Shown here piece after piece: positions 35,483 to 43,595 of a stretch of DNA of 43,595 nt (its first letter is position 1; every line of letters begins with the position of its first letter). Location of the stretch: positions 1 through 43,595 of the IMG/VR virus record IMGVR_UViG_3300010158_005116; one strand, given 5' to 3'. Position numbers and translations under genes: made by a program. Under the pieces are notes generated by a model. The model was not told where the DNA came from and ran no database searches. It saw only the letters and a list, made by a program, of their open reading frames with translations. The stretch is from a virus. Taxonomy: Duplodnaviria > Caudoviricetes.

Positions 35483-35890
35483 TTATAAAATCACTCCAAA
35501 GCTCTCAAATAAATCAGCATCCACGACATCATTGGGATAGATCTCAACGAGAGTAATTTCGTTGAGCTGGCAAAATCTTAGTTTTTTATCATCTCTTTTT
35601 AATTGCTGGAGATATTTTGACCGATTGCCGTGGAAGAATTTTATATATTTTAAGTGCTGTCCTCCTTGAACTTCGATTGCAATTTTTTTATTCAAATTAT
35701 AGAAGTCTAATGATAGTCTAGTGCCGACAAGTTTAAATTCTTCAAAAACAATATCTGTCTTCCAAAATGGTTGCAGGAATTCTTTTACGCTTGATTGGAA
35801 TTTGCTCCTACTTGGAGACTCCCAATTGATTAAATATTTTTTGCTATTTCTAAGTTCTGATGAAAATCCAGTTAGAGTTTTAAACTTCAT
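35483..35890 (-). CDS. Vsr/DUF559-like PD-(D/E)xK endonuclease
   Basis: FEEF...LSLDFY...IAIEVQGGQH...RDDKKLRFC..NEITLVEI; start taken at MKFKTL (35890). Confidence 0.8.
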   Translation of the reverse strand: MKFKTLTGFSSELRNSKKYLINWESPSRSKFQSSVKEFLQPFWKTDIVFEEFKLVGTRLSLDFYNLNKKIAIEVQGGQHLKYIKFFHGNRSKYLQQLKRDDKKLRFCQLNEITLVEIYPNDVVDADLFESFGVIL

Positions 35891-37028
35891 TGGATATTGC
35901 TTTCGTAAAGTAGTCCACCAAGAATGCGCACAACTTTTTATCTGATTCGATAAAAGCAAAGAGAGAGTCTTGACCTTGTATTTTATCAAAGGCAGAGAAT
36001 CCGTTCTCTACAAGCAACTCGTTAAATTCATCTGTAGGAGTAATCCAAGACGCTTTACGGGTGAGAAATTCCCATAGAAACAAAAGGTCTACCACTTCTT
36101 TTTCCACCCAAATAGATGTTCCATTTGTTCTCCCATACTTAATTGGGTATGGAATGGTGAGGTTTGTCGTTTCGTTTGGAGATTTTTTAATTGTTGCTTT
36201 TGCAAAATGCCCAATAATAGGGTTGCTTACGGGATCAATAGTTTTATCTGTTGGATTTTTAAGAATTAGATCTCCCTTGAATCTAACTTCAAATTCAATA
36301 ATCCAATTTGCGAAGTGTAATAGTGCGTTGCCACCAGTTGCTGATGTTTGTCTTATTGGGGCTTTTGAGTATGGATCGAGCTTAATATCCGCTCTTACTT
36401 GACTGATAAACACCGCCATATGACCTCTTTTAGCCAGTGCAATTGAAAGTCTTTTCATGAAGTTGGCGGCAATTACTGCTCCACCAGCGACTTTATTAGA
36501 ATCTTCAAAGTTTTTATCCAAATCTCCCTTGGTAATCAAACCGTCTACTGAATCAAGAATAAAGTAATATTTATTTTTCTCTTCATTTTTCATGACCAAT
36601 TGTCTAATAGCGTCCACAACTGTTTCGTAAATATTGCTTTCGAAAACAAAACAAGTACCGACGTCCCACTCTTCAGCAGAGAATACGAATTTAATTCCAG
36701 ACCTTTCTCTCATTTCTTGCGAGAGCCTTCCTTCAGCTTTAATCAAAAAACCTTTTGCCATTGGCGTGTGATCTAGGAAGTTTTTCATAATGGATAATGC
36801 CGAACTTGTCTTGCCTGACTCGTTAGGGCCACAAAATCGGTGTAAACCTGGTCCAAAACCGCCGCCCAATCTCAGGTCCATTTGAAGAGACCCGCTTGAA
36901 ACTTTATATGTTATTTCCTCTTCGAAATTGTAATGATCTTCTTTATTTTGCTTTAAAAATGACCCCAAAACATCGTTTGATTTCACTGTTTCCTTTTCTT
37001 CTTTTGGTTCTTTAATTTTGGCACTCAT
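35880..37028 (-). CDS. recA: RecA/UvsX-like recombinase
   Basis: SSGSLQMDLRLGGG, Walker A GPNESGKTS, FILDSV, FISQVR, TGGNALLHFA. Confidence 0.88.
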   Translation of the reverse strand: MSAKIKEPKEEKETVKSNDVLGSFLKQNKEDHYNFEEEITYKVSSGSLQMDLRLGGGFGPGLHRFCGPNESGKTSSALSIMKNFLDHTPMAKGFLIKAEGRLSQEMRERSGIKFVFSAEEWDVGTCFVFESNIYETVVDAIRQLVMKNEEKNKYYFILDSVDGLITKGDLDKNFEDSNKVAGGAVIAANFMKRLSIALAKRGHMAVFISQVRADIKLDPYSKAPIRQTSATGGNALLHFANWIIEFEVRFKGDLILKNPTDKTIDPVSNPIIGHFAKATIKKSPNETTNLTIPYPIKYGRTNGTSIWVEKEVVDLLFLWEFLTRKASWITPTDEFNELLVENGFSAFDKIQGQDSLFAFIESDKKLCAFLVDYFTKAISNEV

Positions 37029-37368
37029 TGTTTAAAAATTGTTTAATTGTTTTTGATCTCTTAGACACTTTAATATCCTCTCCTGACTTATCCCCTATAT
37101 TGTACGTTTCGTATCTAGAAGCATCAATACAAAAATTGAAAGCTCTGAACTTTTGATCAAGCTTCATTTTTAATTTGGGACTGACTAGATACGCTAGCGA
37201 ATCAAATTTCTTATCGAAGGATGCAATATCCATAAATTCGACAGAATATCTATCGCACAAATCATTCAAGAACTTCATTTCCCGCATGTAAAATAAACGC
37301 TTGGCCGTTGTGGGGACAAGCGTTAATCTTGCGAGGATTTTCTTTTTGTTGATTTTGGCCTTTGCCAT
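37012..37368 (-). CDS. Hypothetical basic protein (118 aa)
   Basis: Clean ORF with its own promoter-like element, overlapping the recA start. Confidence 0.7.
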   Translation of the reverse strand: MAKAKINKKKILARLTLVPTTAKRLFYMREMKFLNDLCDRYSVEFMDIASFDKKFDSLAYLVSPKLKMKLDQKFRAFNFCIDASRYETYNIGDKSGEDIKVSKRSKTIKQFLNNECQN

Positions 37369-37373
37369 TCCTC

Positions 37374-37401
37374 ATTCTACATCAGGTATCTGGATTGTCA
37401 A
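37374..37401 (-). promoter_or_regulatory. Sigma70-like promoter TTGACA-N16-TAGAAT, 5 nt before ATG 37368
   Basis: Read directly from the minus strand; overlaps the gmd 3' end. Confidence 0.65.
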
Positions 37402-38506
37402 GATCATACTGAGCCATTTTTTTGACAAGTTGCTCAAATGATGTTTTGGGAAGCCATCCTAATTCTTTTCTTGCTTTTGTGGAATCCCCCCAAAGAAGTT
37501 CAACTTCTGCTGGACGATAAAATTTAGGATTAATTTTCATTACGATTTGATCATTGACCACGAACTGTTCATCCTCTGGAATGCCAGTATTATTTTTCCA
37601 AGCTCCATTTAATCCTGCATGTTCAAATGCTAATTCGACAAACTCTCTAATAGTATGAGTTTCATTAGAAGAAAGAACATATTCTTTTGGAGTTTCTTGA
37701 TTAAGCATTAACCAAATACCTTCTACAAAATCTTCGGCATCGCTCCAATCTCTTTTGGCATCAAGATTTCCCAATTCAAGAGGATCAAATTTCTGATCAT
37801 TATCAAGAGCATTTTTAATCCTAGCAACTGCTTTGCTTATTTTGCGAGTAACAAATTCTTCACCTCGTCTAGTTCCTTCATGATTAAAAAGCCAGCCCTG
37901 AATAGCGTAAAGATCGTATGACTCTCTCCAGACTTTTACGAGCTGTCTTGATGCTGCTTTAGACGCTCCGTATGGGCTTCTAGGGCGCAATGGATGTTTC
38001 TCATCTTGAGGAACATAAGATACATCGCCAAATTCTTCTGAGGAGCCAGCTTGATAAAACCTACAACTTGGATGATAGAGTCTAATTGCTTCAAGAATGT
38101 GAAGAGCTGAAGTAGCATTTGTTTCCCAAGTTTGATGCCCAAAATCCCAGCTACTTCCAACAAAACTTTGTGCTGCTAAATTAATAAAATAATCTGGCTT
38201 GATCTTTTCAATTATCCTCGAAATAGAGTGACTATCAATAAGATCAAAGTTAATCAAGTGAAAACGCGCATTATTGATATGAGAAATATTTTTATGATTA
38301 TAAACACTAAGTCTACGAACGCATCCAAAAATTTCATAATCTGTATTTGCTAAGAGATAATCAACCATGTGGCTACCGTCTTGCCCCGTCACTCCTGTAA
38401 CAATAATGGATTTTTTGCCAATTGATTTTTTTGCTGCGTCTTCGATGTTTAAGATGTCCATGTGATCTATTTTTTTGCCCGTGTATTTTTCTTTAAGATT
38501 ATTCAT
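37382..38506 (-). CDS. gmd: GDP-mannose 4,6-dehydratase
   Basis: TGVTGQDGS, NLAAQSFV, FYQAGSSEEFG, PRSPYGASK, LFNHE, FVTRKI, LGNLDAKRDW, YRPAEV. Confidence 0.95.
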   Translation of the reverse strand: MNNLKEKYTGKKIDHMDILNIEDAAKKSIGKKSIIVTGVTGQDGSHMVDYLLANTDYEIFGCVRRLSVYNHKNISHINNARFHLINFDLIDSHSISRIIEKIKPDYFINLAAQSFVGSSWDFGHQTWETNATSALHILEAIRLYHPSCRFYQAGSSEEFGDVSYVPQDEKHPLRPRSPYGASKAASRQLVKVWRESYDLYAIQGWLFNHEGTRRGEEFVTRKISKAVARIKNALDNDQKFDPLELGNLDAKRDWSDAEDFVEGIWLMLNQETPKEYVLSSNETHTIREFVELAFEHAGLNGAWKNNTGIPEDEQFVVNDQIVMKINPKFYRPAEVELLWGDSTKARKELGWLPKTSFEQLVKKMAQYDLDNPDT

Positions 38507-39170
38507 TATTTTTCAATGTAAATTTTTCAGCCGTATTATTGAATACGGGATTCAAGAAGATATTAAATATGATTTCATCAATTTTATCTTTTTTTACATA
38601 CCAATCTTCAAATGGTAGATTAATATCTGCATTGCATATATCACCACCAATTAATTCATATCCATTGGATTTAAAAATTTGACGAGATTCATTTCTAATT
38701 TCTATGGAAGAATTATGGTAGTCTGTTTCATATGTGATAACTGAAAAATTATATTTATCAAATGGTATTTTTTTAAGACATTCTAATGTGTTGTGCGCTG
38801 GCTCAATATCTATTTGAAGATAATCAATATCAATTGGCATATTATTATCCTCAAATAATTTTTTATAATCAATTTCCAAAGCATTTTGAACAATTAATTT
38901 AGATTTTCTTTGAGATTCAAATCCATCAATATTATTGATATCAATTGATACTCCACTCCATCCAAATTCATTTTCTAATAAAAAAGTATTACTCATTTCG
39001 GTTGGATGGAAGGTTCCTATTTCAACAAAATATCCGTTTCGTTTGCCATCTAACATACTCAATACAAACATATCTTGATATGCTTGAGAATAATTTTTAT
39101 TTATTGATTCGCAATCTTTAAATTGGAATTTTAATTTATTTAATTTTGATATATTGTAATAATCATTCAT
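38499..39170 (-). CDS. FkbM-like SAM-dependent methyltransferase
   Basis: YSQAYQD, GYFVEIG, SNTFLLE..FGWSGVSID, IDYLQIDIE, FEDWYV. Confidence 0.8.
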   Translation of the reverse strand: MNDYYNISKLNKLKFQFKDCESINKNYSQAYQDMFVLSMLDGKRNGYFVEIGTFHPTEMSNTFLLENEFGWSGVSIDINNIDGFESQRKSKLIVQNALEIDYKKLFEDNNMPIDIDYLQIDIEPAHNTLECLKKIPFDKYNFSVITYETDYHNSSIEIRNESRQIFKSNGYELIGGDICNADINLPFEDWYVKKDKIDEIIFNIFLNPVFNNTAEKFTLKNNE

Positions 39171-39792
39171 ATTTTTTTAAGTAAAATGCATCTCCCCAAG
39201 GATGATTGGAATAAAGATATTTTTCTTTTCTCTCAAAGTTGAATTTATTTAAAAATTCATCAATTTCATTTGTTTGCGAACAATTTTTATAAACTTCTGA
39301 ATCATTAATTTCTATATAGATAGATTCGATAGAATCTAAATGGTCTGATAAACCTTGTAAAGCTAATAATTCAGCTCCTTGAATATCTATATTCAGAAAA
39401 TTAATTTTTTCTAAAAATGCCTCTTCAGACAAGATTGAATTTAATGTTTTCGTAAATCTTTTTTCTTCGTGAGTGTAGTAAATATCTGGAAATAAATTAG
39501 AATGTTCGCCCAAATCTAAAATAGATGAAGATTGAGTGTTATTGGCTATTTTGAATATAACTTCTTTGTCGTCCTCATTAGATACTACAGCATTAGTAAC
39601 TTTATGAATAGATGTATCTAAACGATCAGATAGTTTGTCAGCTAAATCCGTATTAGCCTCTATCCAATGAATTTTTTTCGCTCCGCATTGAATATAACCA
39701 TCTAGCTCTTGGGCTTCGTGCGCTCCAACATGCAGAATATTTGTTAAGTTTAACTTATATTTTTCTTTTAGGTAATTTAACTGTATAAACAT
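39163..39792 (-). CDS. FkbM-family methyltransferase
   Basis: ILHVGAH, WIEAN, QSSSIL, FLNIDIQGAEL, WGDAFY; start taken at MFIQLN (39792). Confidence 0.88.
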   Translation of the reverse strand: MFIQLNYLKEKYKLNLTNILHVGAHEAQELDGYIQCGAKKIHWIEANTDLADKLSDRLDTSIHKVTNAVVSNEDDKEVIFKIANNTQSSSILDLGEHSNLFPDIYYTHEEKRFTKTLNSILSEEAFLEKINFLNIDIQGAELLALQGLSDHLDSIESIYIEINDSEVYKNCSQTNEIDEFLNKFNFERKEKYLYSNHPWGDAFYLKKYE

Positions 39793-39797
39793 ATTTA

Positions 39798-40481
39798 TTA
39801 ATTTTTTATTGATACTTCTTTCCAGTTTAAAAATGGAAATATATCTCCATGCCATTCTCTGTATTCTTTTTGAACTGGGCAAATAACATTATTTTGATTT
39901 CCTAAAAATCCAATCCACCAACTAAACGTTCCCAAAGAAAGTATTTTGTTTTCAAATTGACATCCAAATATTATAGTTTCTTCTGGCGAACTTTCAAAAA
40001 TTTCTAAATTAAATTCATTGCTAAGTTGTTTAATGATGTCATTATTGGGAGAATCGCTTGATATGTATCCACCGTTTAGACCTATTAAAGCTTTACGATA
40101 ATAATTTATATTGCAGCTTGCTTCATCATTACATATATCACCAAGCCTGACATGCACGAATGCATCTTTTTGATTTTTATTTTCATTTAAAAATAAATGC
40201 TTATTTTCTTTTAATAGTTTTAATATTGTTCTATTTTGAAAAAAACCATCTAAAATTAGATTTTTATTTATATTTTCTTCGTTGAGCAAATTGCAAATAT
40301 TGTGATCATTTATAATTAAGCTTTCTTCGTAAACATGTTCGTTTTTGCTCAAATCAAATTTCAAAATATTATTTGATAATGGATTTTCAATTGATTGATT
40401 GAATTTCTGAGAGAATATTAATGCAGTAAAATACTGAAAAAGATTATTTCCAAATCTTCCTTTATAGTTTATATTTATCAT
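39798..40481 (-). CDS. GT11 alpha-1,2-fucosyltransferase-like protein
   Basis: GRFGNNLFQY, LDGFFQ, VHVRLGD, YY..A, GTFSWW. Confidence 0.82.
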   Translation of the reverse strand: MININYKGRFGNNLFQYFTALIFSQKFNQSIENPLSNNILKFDLSKNEHVYEESLIINDHNICNLLNEENINKNLILDGFFQNRTILKLLKENKHLFLNENKNQKDAFVHVRLGDICNDEASCNINYYRKALIGLNGGYISSDSPNNDIIKQLSNEFNLEIFESSPEETIIFGCQFENKILSLGTFSWWIGFLGNQNNVICPVQKEYREWHGDIFPFLNWKEVSIKN

Positions 40482-41338
40482 AATATATAAGAATTTTCAA
40501 AAAATGGTTGAGATGGATACACGGTGTCAATTGTAGTATTTCTTAATTGATATTTTTCAGGCTGATAAATAATTTCTTTTTTTAAACAAGCCGTTAAACA
40601 AAATGAAGAATTAGATGATATTATATTATGTGCTAAATGCAAGCAAGTCCAATCAATATTGTATTCATTTTGAAGAAATTCTATGTTATATGAATTATCA
40701 ATTTGATGAATAAAAGAAATTAATTCTTTAGCTTTATTAGCATCATCTGAAAATACAAAAATATTTTTTATATTTTTGTGGTTTTTATTTAAATGCTTAA
40801 TGCATTTTTCGTAATATTCAAATGGAAGTCTTAAATCATGACCTAAATGACCATTAAAATCTGAACCTCTGTAGTGTAAGCATATAGAGTCGCGACTCAT
40901 GATTCTGCTGAAATTCAAATTTATGAAATCTAAAATATTTTTTTTTATTTTTATTTCTTCAAAAAACGTTTTGCAATACAATGGTACGTTATAAAACCAA
41001 CCAGAAAAACATACATTATTGGGGATGATCAAATTTTTATCATTAAGAATTTGTAAACTGGTTTTTAAATTAGATTGATCAAGCTGACAAAGCTCAGAAA
41101 TATTATGGCTAAAAGCTTCTGAAAAATAATTAATCAATTCCAATTGATTTGAATGTTTAAATGTTTGTAATTCAAAAACTTCATCTAAATTAGATTCTAT
41201 GGGTATTACTAATTCATAGCTTCTTTTTTTGCTAAAATTATAACAAAATAATAAATGCGATAAATGATTACCAAATGATTGATTTGGTCCATAAGTTTTT
41301 AAATTGCCAGAATTAAGAAAGATTTTTTTTAATGCCAT
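40478..41338 (-). CDS. GT11 alpha-1,2-fucosyltransferase-like protein
   Basis: SFGNHL, LHYRGSDF, LPFEYY, VFSDD, ISSNSSF. Confidence 0.78.
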   Translation of the reverse strand: MALKKIFLNSGNLKTYGPNQSFGNHLSHLLFCYNFSKKRSYELVIPIESNLDEVFELQTFKHSNQLELINYFSEAFSHNISELCQLDQSNLKTSLQILNDKNLIIPNNVCFSGWFYNVPLYCKTFFEEIKIKKNILDFINLNFSRIMSRDSICLHYRGSDFNGHLGHDLRLPFEYYEKCIKHLNKNHKNIKNIFVFSDDANKAKELISFIHQIDNSYNIEFLQNEYNIDWTCLHLAHNIISSNSSFCLTACLKKEIIYQPEKYQLRNTTIDTVYPSQPFFENSYIL

Positions 41339-41892
41339 TCTATAATTTCTTGATTTTTATTTTTAAATCTTTTGATTAGATCTAGTTTTAAAAACTCATG
41401 ATTTTGATTATGAACATGAAATTCGCAATATATTTTCTTAAAGTTTATATCATTATCTAATATTTGATTTAGTACACCATACTCGACACCTTCGGCATCA
41501 AGTTTTAAAATGCATTCTTCCGTATTTATTTGAAATTCTTCAATGATATCAAGTATTGTAGTTGTGAATATATTATAATAATTAAATTCATTAACTTTTA
41601 TATTCCACCTCGCTAAGCTATCATTCATGAAATGTTCTCCCATTACAGTAGCGCCAATACATTTATTTTCATCAGCTCTTGTCATTAGAATCGTATCTTT
41701 CACTTCTATATCAAGACCCTTCTTAATTAAAAAAGAATTTTTTATAGATTTAATATCTTCTTCTAAATCTGGCCAGCATTCTGGGTTCGCTTCAACAAAA
41801 ATCTTTACGTCTTCTTCATTTATGCATTCAAAATTCTTTAAAAGATTGAATCCAGCCAAATCATTACATCCTATGTCTAAAATTGTTTTCAT
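41329..41892 (-). CDS. FkbM-family methyltransferase
   Basis: ILDIGCN, FVEANP, ILKLDAEGVEY, IYCEFH. Confidence 0.82.
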   Translation of the reverse strand: MKTILDIGCNDLAGFNLLKNFECINEEDVKIFVEANPECWPDLEEDIKSIKNSFLIKKGLDIEVKDTILMTRADENKCIGATVMGEHFMNDSLARWNIKVNEFNYYNIFTTTILDIIEEFQINTEECILKLDAEGVEYGVLNQILDNDINFKKIYCEFHVHNQNHEFLKLDLIKRFKNKNQEIIEWH

Positions 41893-42782
41893 CTGTTTAT
41901 TGATTTCTCTATGTAATTTTTAAAATTATTTTGGTTAAATTCTTGATAAGCTTTTAAACAATTATCTCTCATTGAAGCTTCTTTTTCTTGGGGAATTTTA
42001 TCAATAATATTATTTAATTCATTATATGATAAATTTTCAAAATCATCTTCTGATATAATAAGAATAGTATTGTCCCAATCCCAATCGGGAAGAACCCAAT
42101 TATCTGAAATTAAAATAGGTATGGCTCCAGCAGATAAACTCTCCCAAAATCTTACAGAAGATGGAGATGATCCTCTGGGGCATAGAGAGAATCTGCTTCT
42201 TTCTAGGATGTCTTGATATTCTTTTTCTTCTTTTTGTCTATAATTTTCAATAAAAAACGAATTAGAATCTATATGATAACTATCTCGATAAATAATATTA
42301 TCGCCGTTAATTCTATTCACCATCCTGCCTCTAATTGGGTGAGATGTATGAGTCCCAACAAAAGATATGGGTATATTTTTATATTTTGTGTTGTCAAAAT
42401 TAAAACTACATGTAAATGCTATGGGGATAATATCAATTCCTTTAGTAATAATATTGTTTTTATCATGTAAGGGCGAAAACACTGTGTCAATATTTAAAAA
42501 CTTAAATATATCAATTAGTCTCATATAGTCATCATGTTGACAAATAGTGAAATTATTTTTTTGCTCTATATTTATTTTTGAAATTTCATTAATATAGTGT
42601 TGCATTGGTTGTTTGTTTGGAAAATCTAACCAATTAGAATTTAATATCTGCGTCCAAGGAATTGCAATATAATTAATATCTTCTTTATTTTTGAGCTGTT
42701 GAAAGCACAAATATTCAATAGGAAATTTGTCATACGGAAAAATATCTTCGAAATAAGAATAAATCATATATTTGTATATCAT
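41889..42782 (-). CDS. Exostosin-family (GT47-like) glycosyltransferase
   Basis: ISFVG, YQDILERSRFSLCPRG...SVRFWESLSAGAIPILISD. Confidence 0.85.
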   Translation of the reverse strand: MIYKYMIYSYFEDIFPYDKFPIEYLCFQQLKNKEDINYIAIPWTQILNSNWLDFPNKQPMQHYINEISKINIEQKNNFTICQHDDYMRLIDIFKFLNIDTVFSPLHDKNNIITKGIDIIPIAFTCSFNFDNTKYKNIPISFVGTHTSHPIRGRMVNRINGDNIIYRDSYHIDSNSFFIENYRQKEEKEYQDILERSRFSLCPRGSSPSSVRFWESLSAGAIPILISDNWVLPDWDWDNTILIISEDDFENLSYNELNNIIDKIPQEKEASMRDNCLKAYQEFNQNNFKNYIEKSINR

Positions 42783-43417
42783 TAATAATTTAAAAAGTCA
42801 AATACTTTTTGCATTAGTTGAGTTTTGAGTTTTAAATTAGGTGAAAAATTTGCATGAAAAACATTTAATTCTTGAGGAAGATTTATTTCGCAATCTTCAT
42901 TGTACATTTTGTTTAACATCCCAATAGTAAAACACTTATAGTCAAATAAATCCCATTTAAGATTTTTAAACTCATCTATTGATAATAAGTGATTGGCGCA
43001 ATATTGATCATCTTTATGCAGATGAAGATTAAATAATAATTCATTAAAAAATTTTACTATTAAATTGTTTTTTACACACGCAAAGAATCCCATGCAAACT
43101 CCAGATGAATCCCATTGAAATACTATATCTTTATTAAATAAGGATTCTTTAATATAATCTTCTATGTTGCTGCATATTAATATATCACAATCAGAATGAA
43201 TCATTATTTCTCCTTCGCTGCATTGATTTAGACTATCAATGATATATTGAATTTTATTAATCATTGATTCTTGCCATCCGTTTGAATGGTAATCTCCAGA
43301 ACATTTTTGATCTATTTTTCTAATTGTTAAATCTAAATTACAATTTTTAAAAAAAGATTTTAAAAAAAGATCTAATAAGTGTTTATGCGAATCACTATAA
43401 AATGTAAAAATTTTCAT
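42782..43417 (-). CDS. Nucleotide-diphospho-sugar transferase (GT77-like, GT-A fold)
   Basis: HSDCDI (DxD), DIVFQ, CMGFF, DDQ, HANF...K. Confidence 0.75.
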   Translation of the reverse strand: MKIFTFYSDSHKHLLDLFLKSFFKNCNLDLTIRKIDQKCSGDYHSNGWQESMINKIQYIIDSLNQCSEGEIMIHSDCDILICSNIEDYIKESLFNKDIVFQWDSSGVCMGFFACVKNNLIVKFFNELLFNLHLHKDDQYCANHLLSIDEFKNLKWDLFDYKCFTIGMLNKMYNEDCEINLPQELNVFHANFSPNLKLKTQLMQKVFDFLNY

Positions 43418-43595
43418 TGATATTTCTTTTTAATTTTTAATTCTTCTTGTAAAATTTTTTCTCTAAATTCAAGATTTGTTGACACTCCTAGTGGATTAAA
43501 ATAATAAAGACCCACTATCTCTTCTATATTTTTAAATTTAATGTTATTTTGTAATACTTTCATCCACATATCATAATCAGAAGCAGAATGATAAG
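43414..43595 (-). CDS. C-terminus of a GT2-like glycosyltransferase (partial)
   Basis: Manual translation gives YHSASDYDMWMKVLQNNIKFKNIEEIVGLYYFNPLGVS...KKYQ*; ATGA overlap with the next gene. Confidence 0.7.
   Translation of the reverse strand, partial: YHSASDYDMWMKVLQNNIKFKNIEEIVGLYYFNPLGVSTNLEFREKILQEELKIKKKYQ

Noticed and set aside
33939-37028. Inteins in DnaB or RecA (common hosts)
   Set aside because: Lengths are ordinary and no intein motifs interrupt the Walker regions.
1386-42470. Numerous short alternative-frame or antisense ORFs in the supplied track (e.g. 3571..3906, 10529..10975, 13388..13798, 36061..36402)
   Set aside because: They lie within well-supported genes and show no recognisable motifs.
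1-43595. Stop-codon reassignment
   Set aside because: Genes are full length and tightly packed under the standard code, and TAA, TAG and TGA all occur as stops.

Overview
This is a gene-dense, AT-rich fragment of a large tailed dsDNA phage (lambda-like tail tip, standard genetic code). I saw no tRNA, rRNA or CRISPR array. Left to right it has: (1) a lambda-type tail-tip block on + (gpL-, gpK/JAB-, gpI- and gpJ-like, with large inserted domains); (2) a minus-strand block with a GNAT and two glycosyltransferase genes that appear to share one GT9 enzyme split between them; (3) a + strand island of fibre/adhesin genes with 162-bp and 78-bp coding repeats; (4) a minus-strand replication block (kinase, ClpA-like ATPase, fragmented DNA polymerase III alpha, exonuclease, primase, DnaB, RecA-like); and (5) a very AT-rich glycan-modification cluster (gmd, FkbM x3, GT11 x2, GT47, GT77-like, GT2). 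The most notable feature is a phage DnaE fractured by a naturally split intein (95-aa IntN and 41-aa IntC at the FNK|SH site). A free-standing GIY-YIG endonuclease lies between the halves on the opposite strand. The PHP and proofreading domains are separate genes, with a LAGLIDADG endonuclease between them. Two classes of start-proximal promoter-like motifs (sigma70-like, and GTGTAA-N8/9-ATG) suggest leaderless transcription. All family assignments come from motif recognition by eye; no database searches were run.
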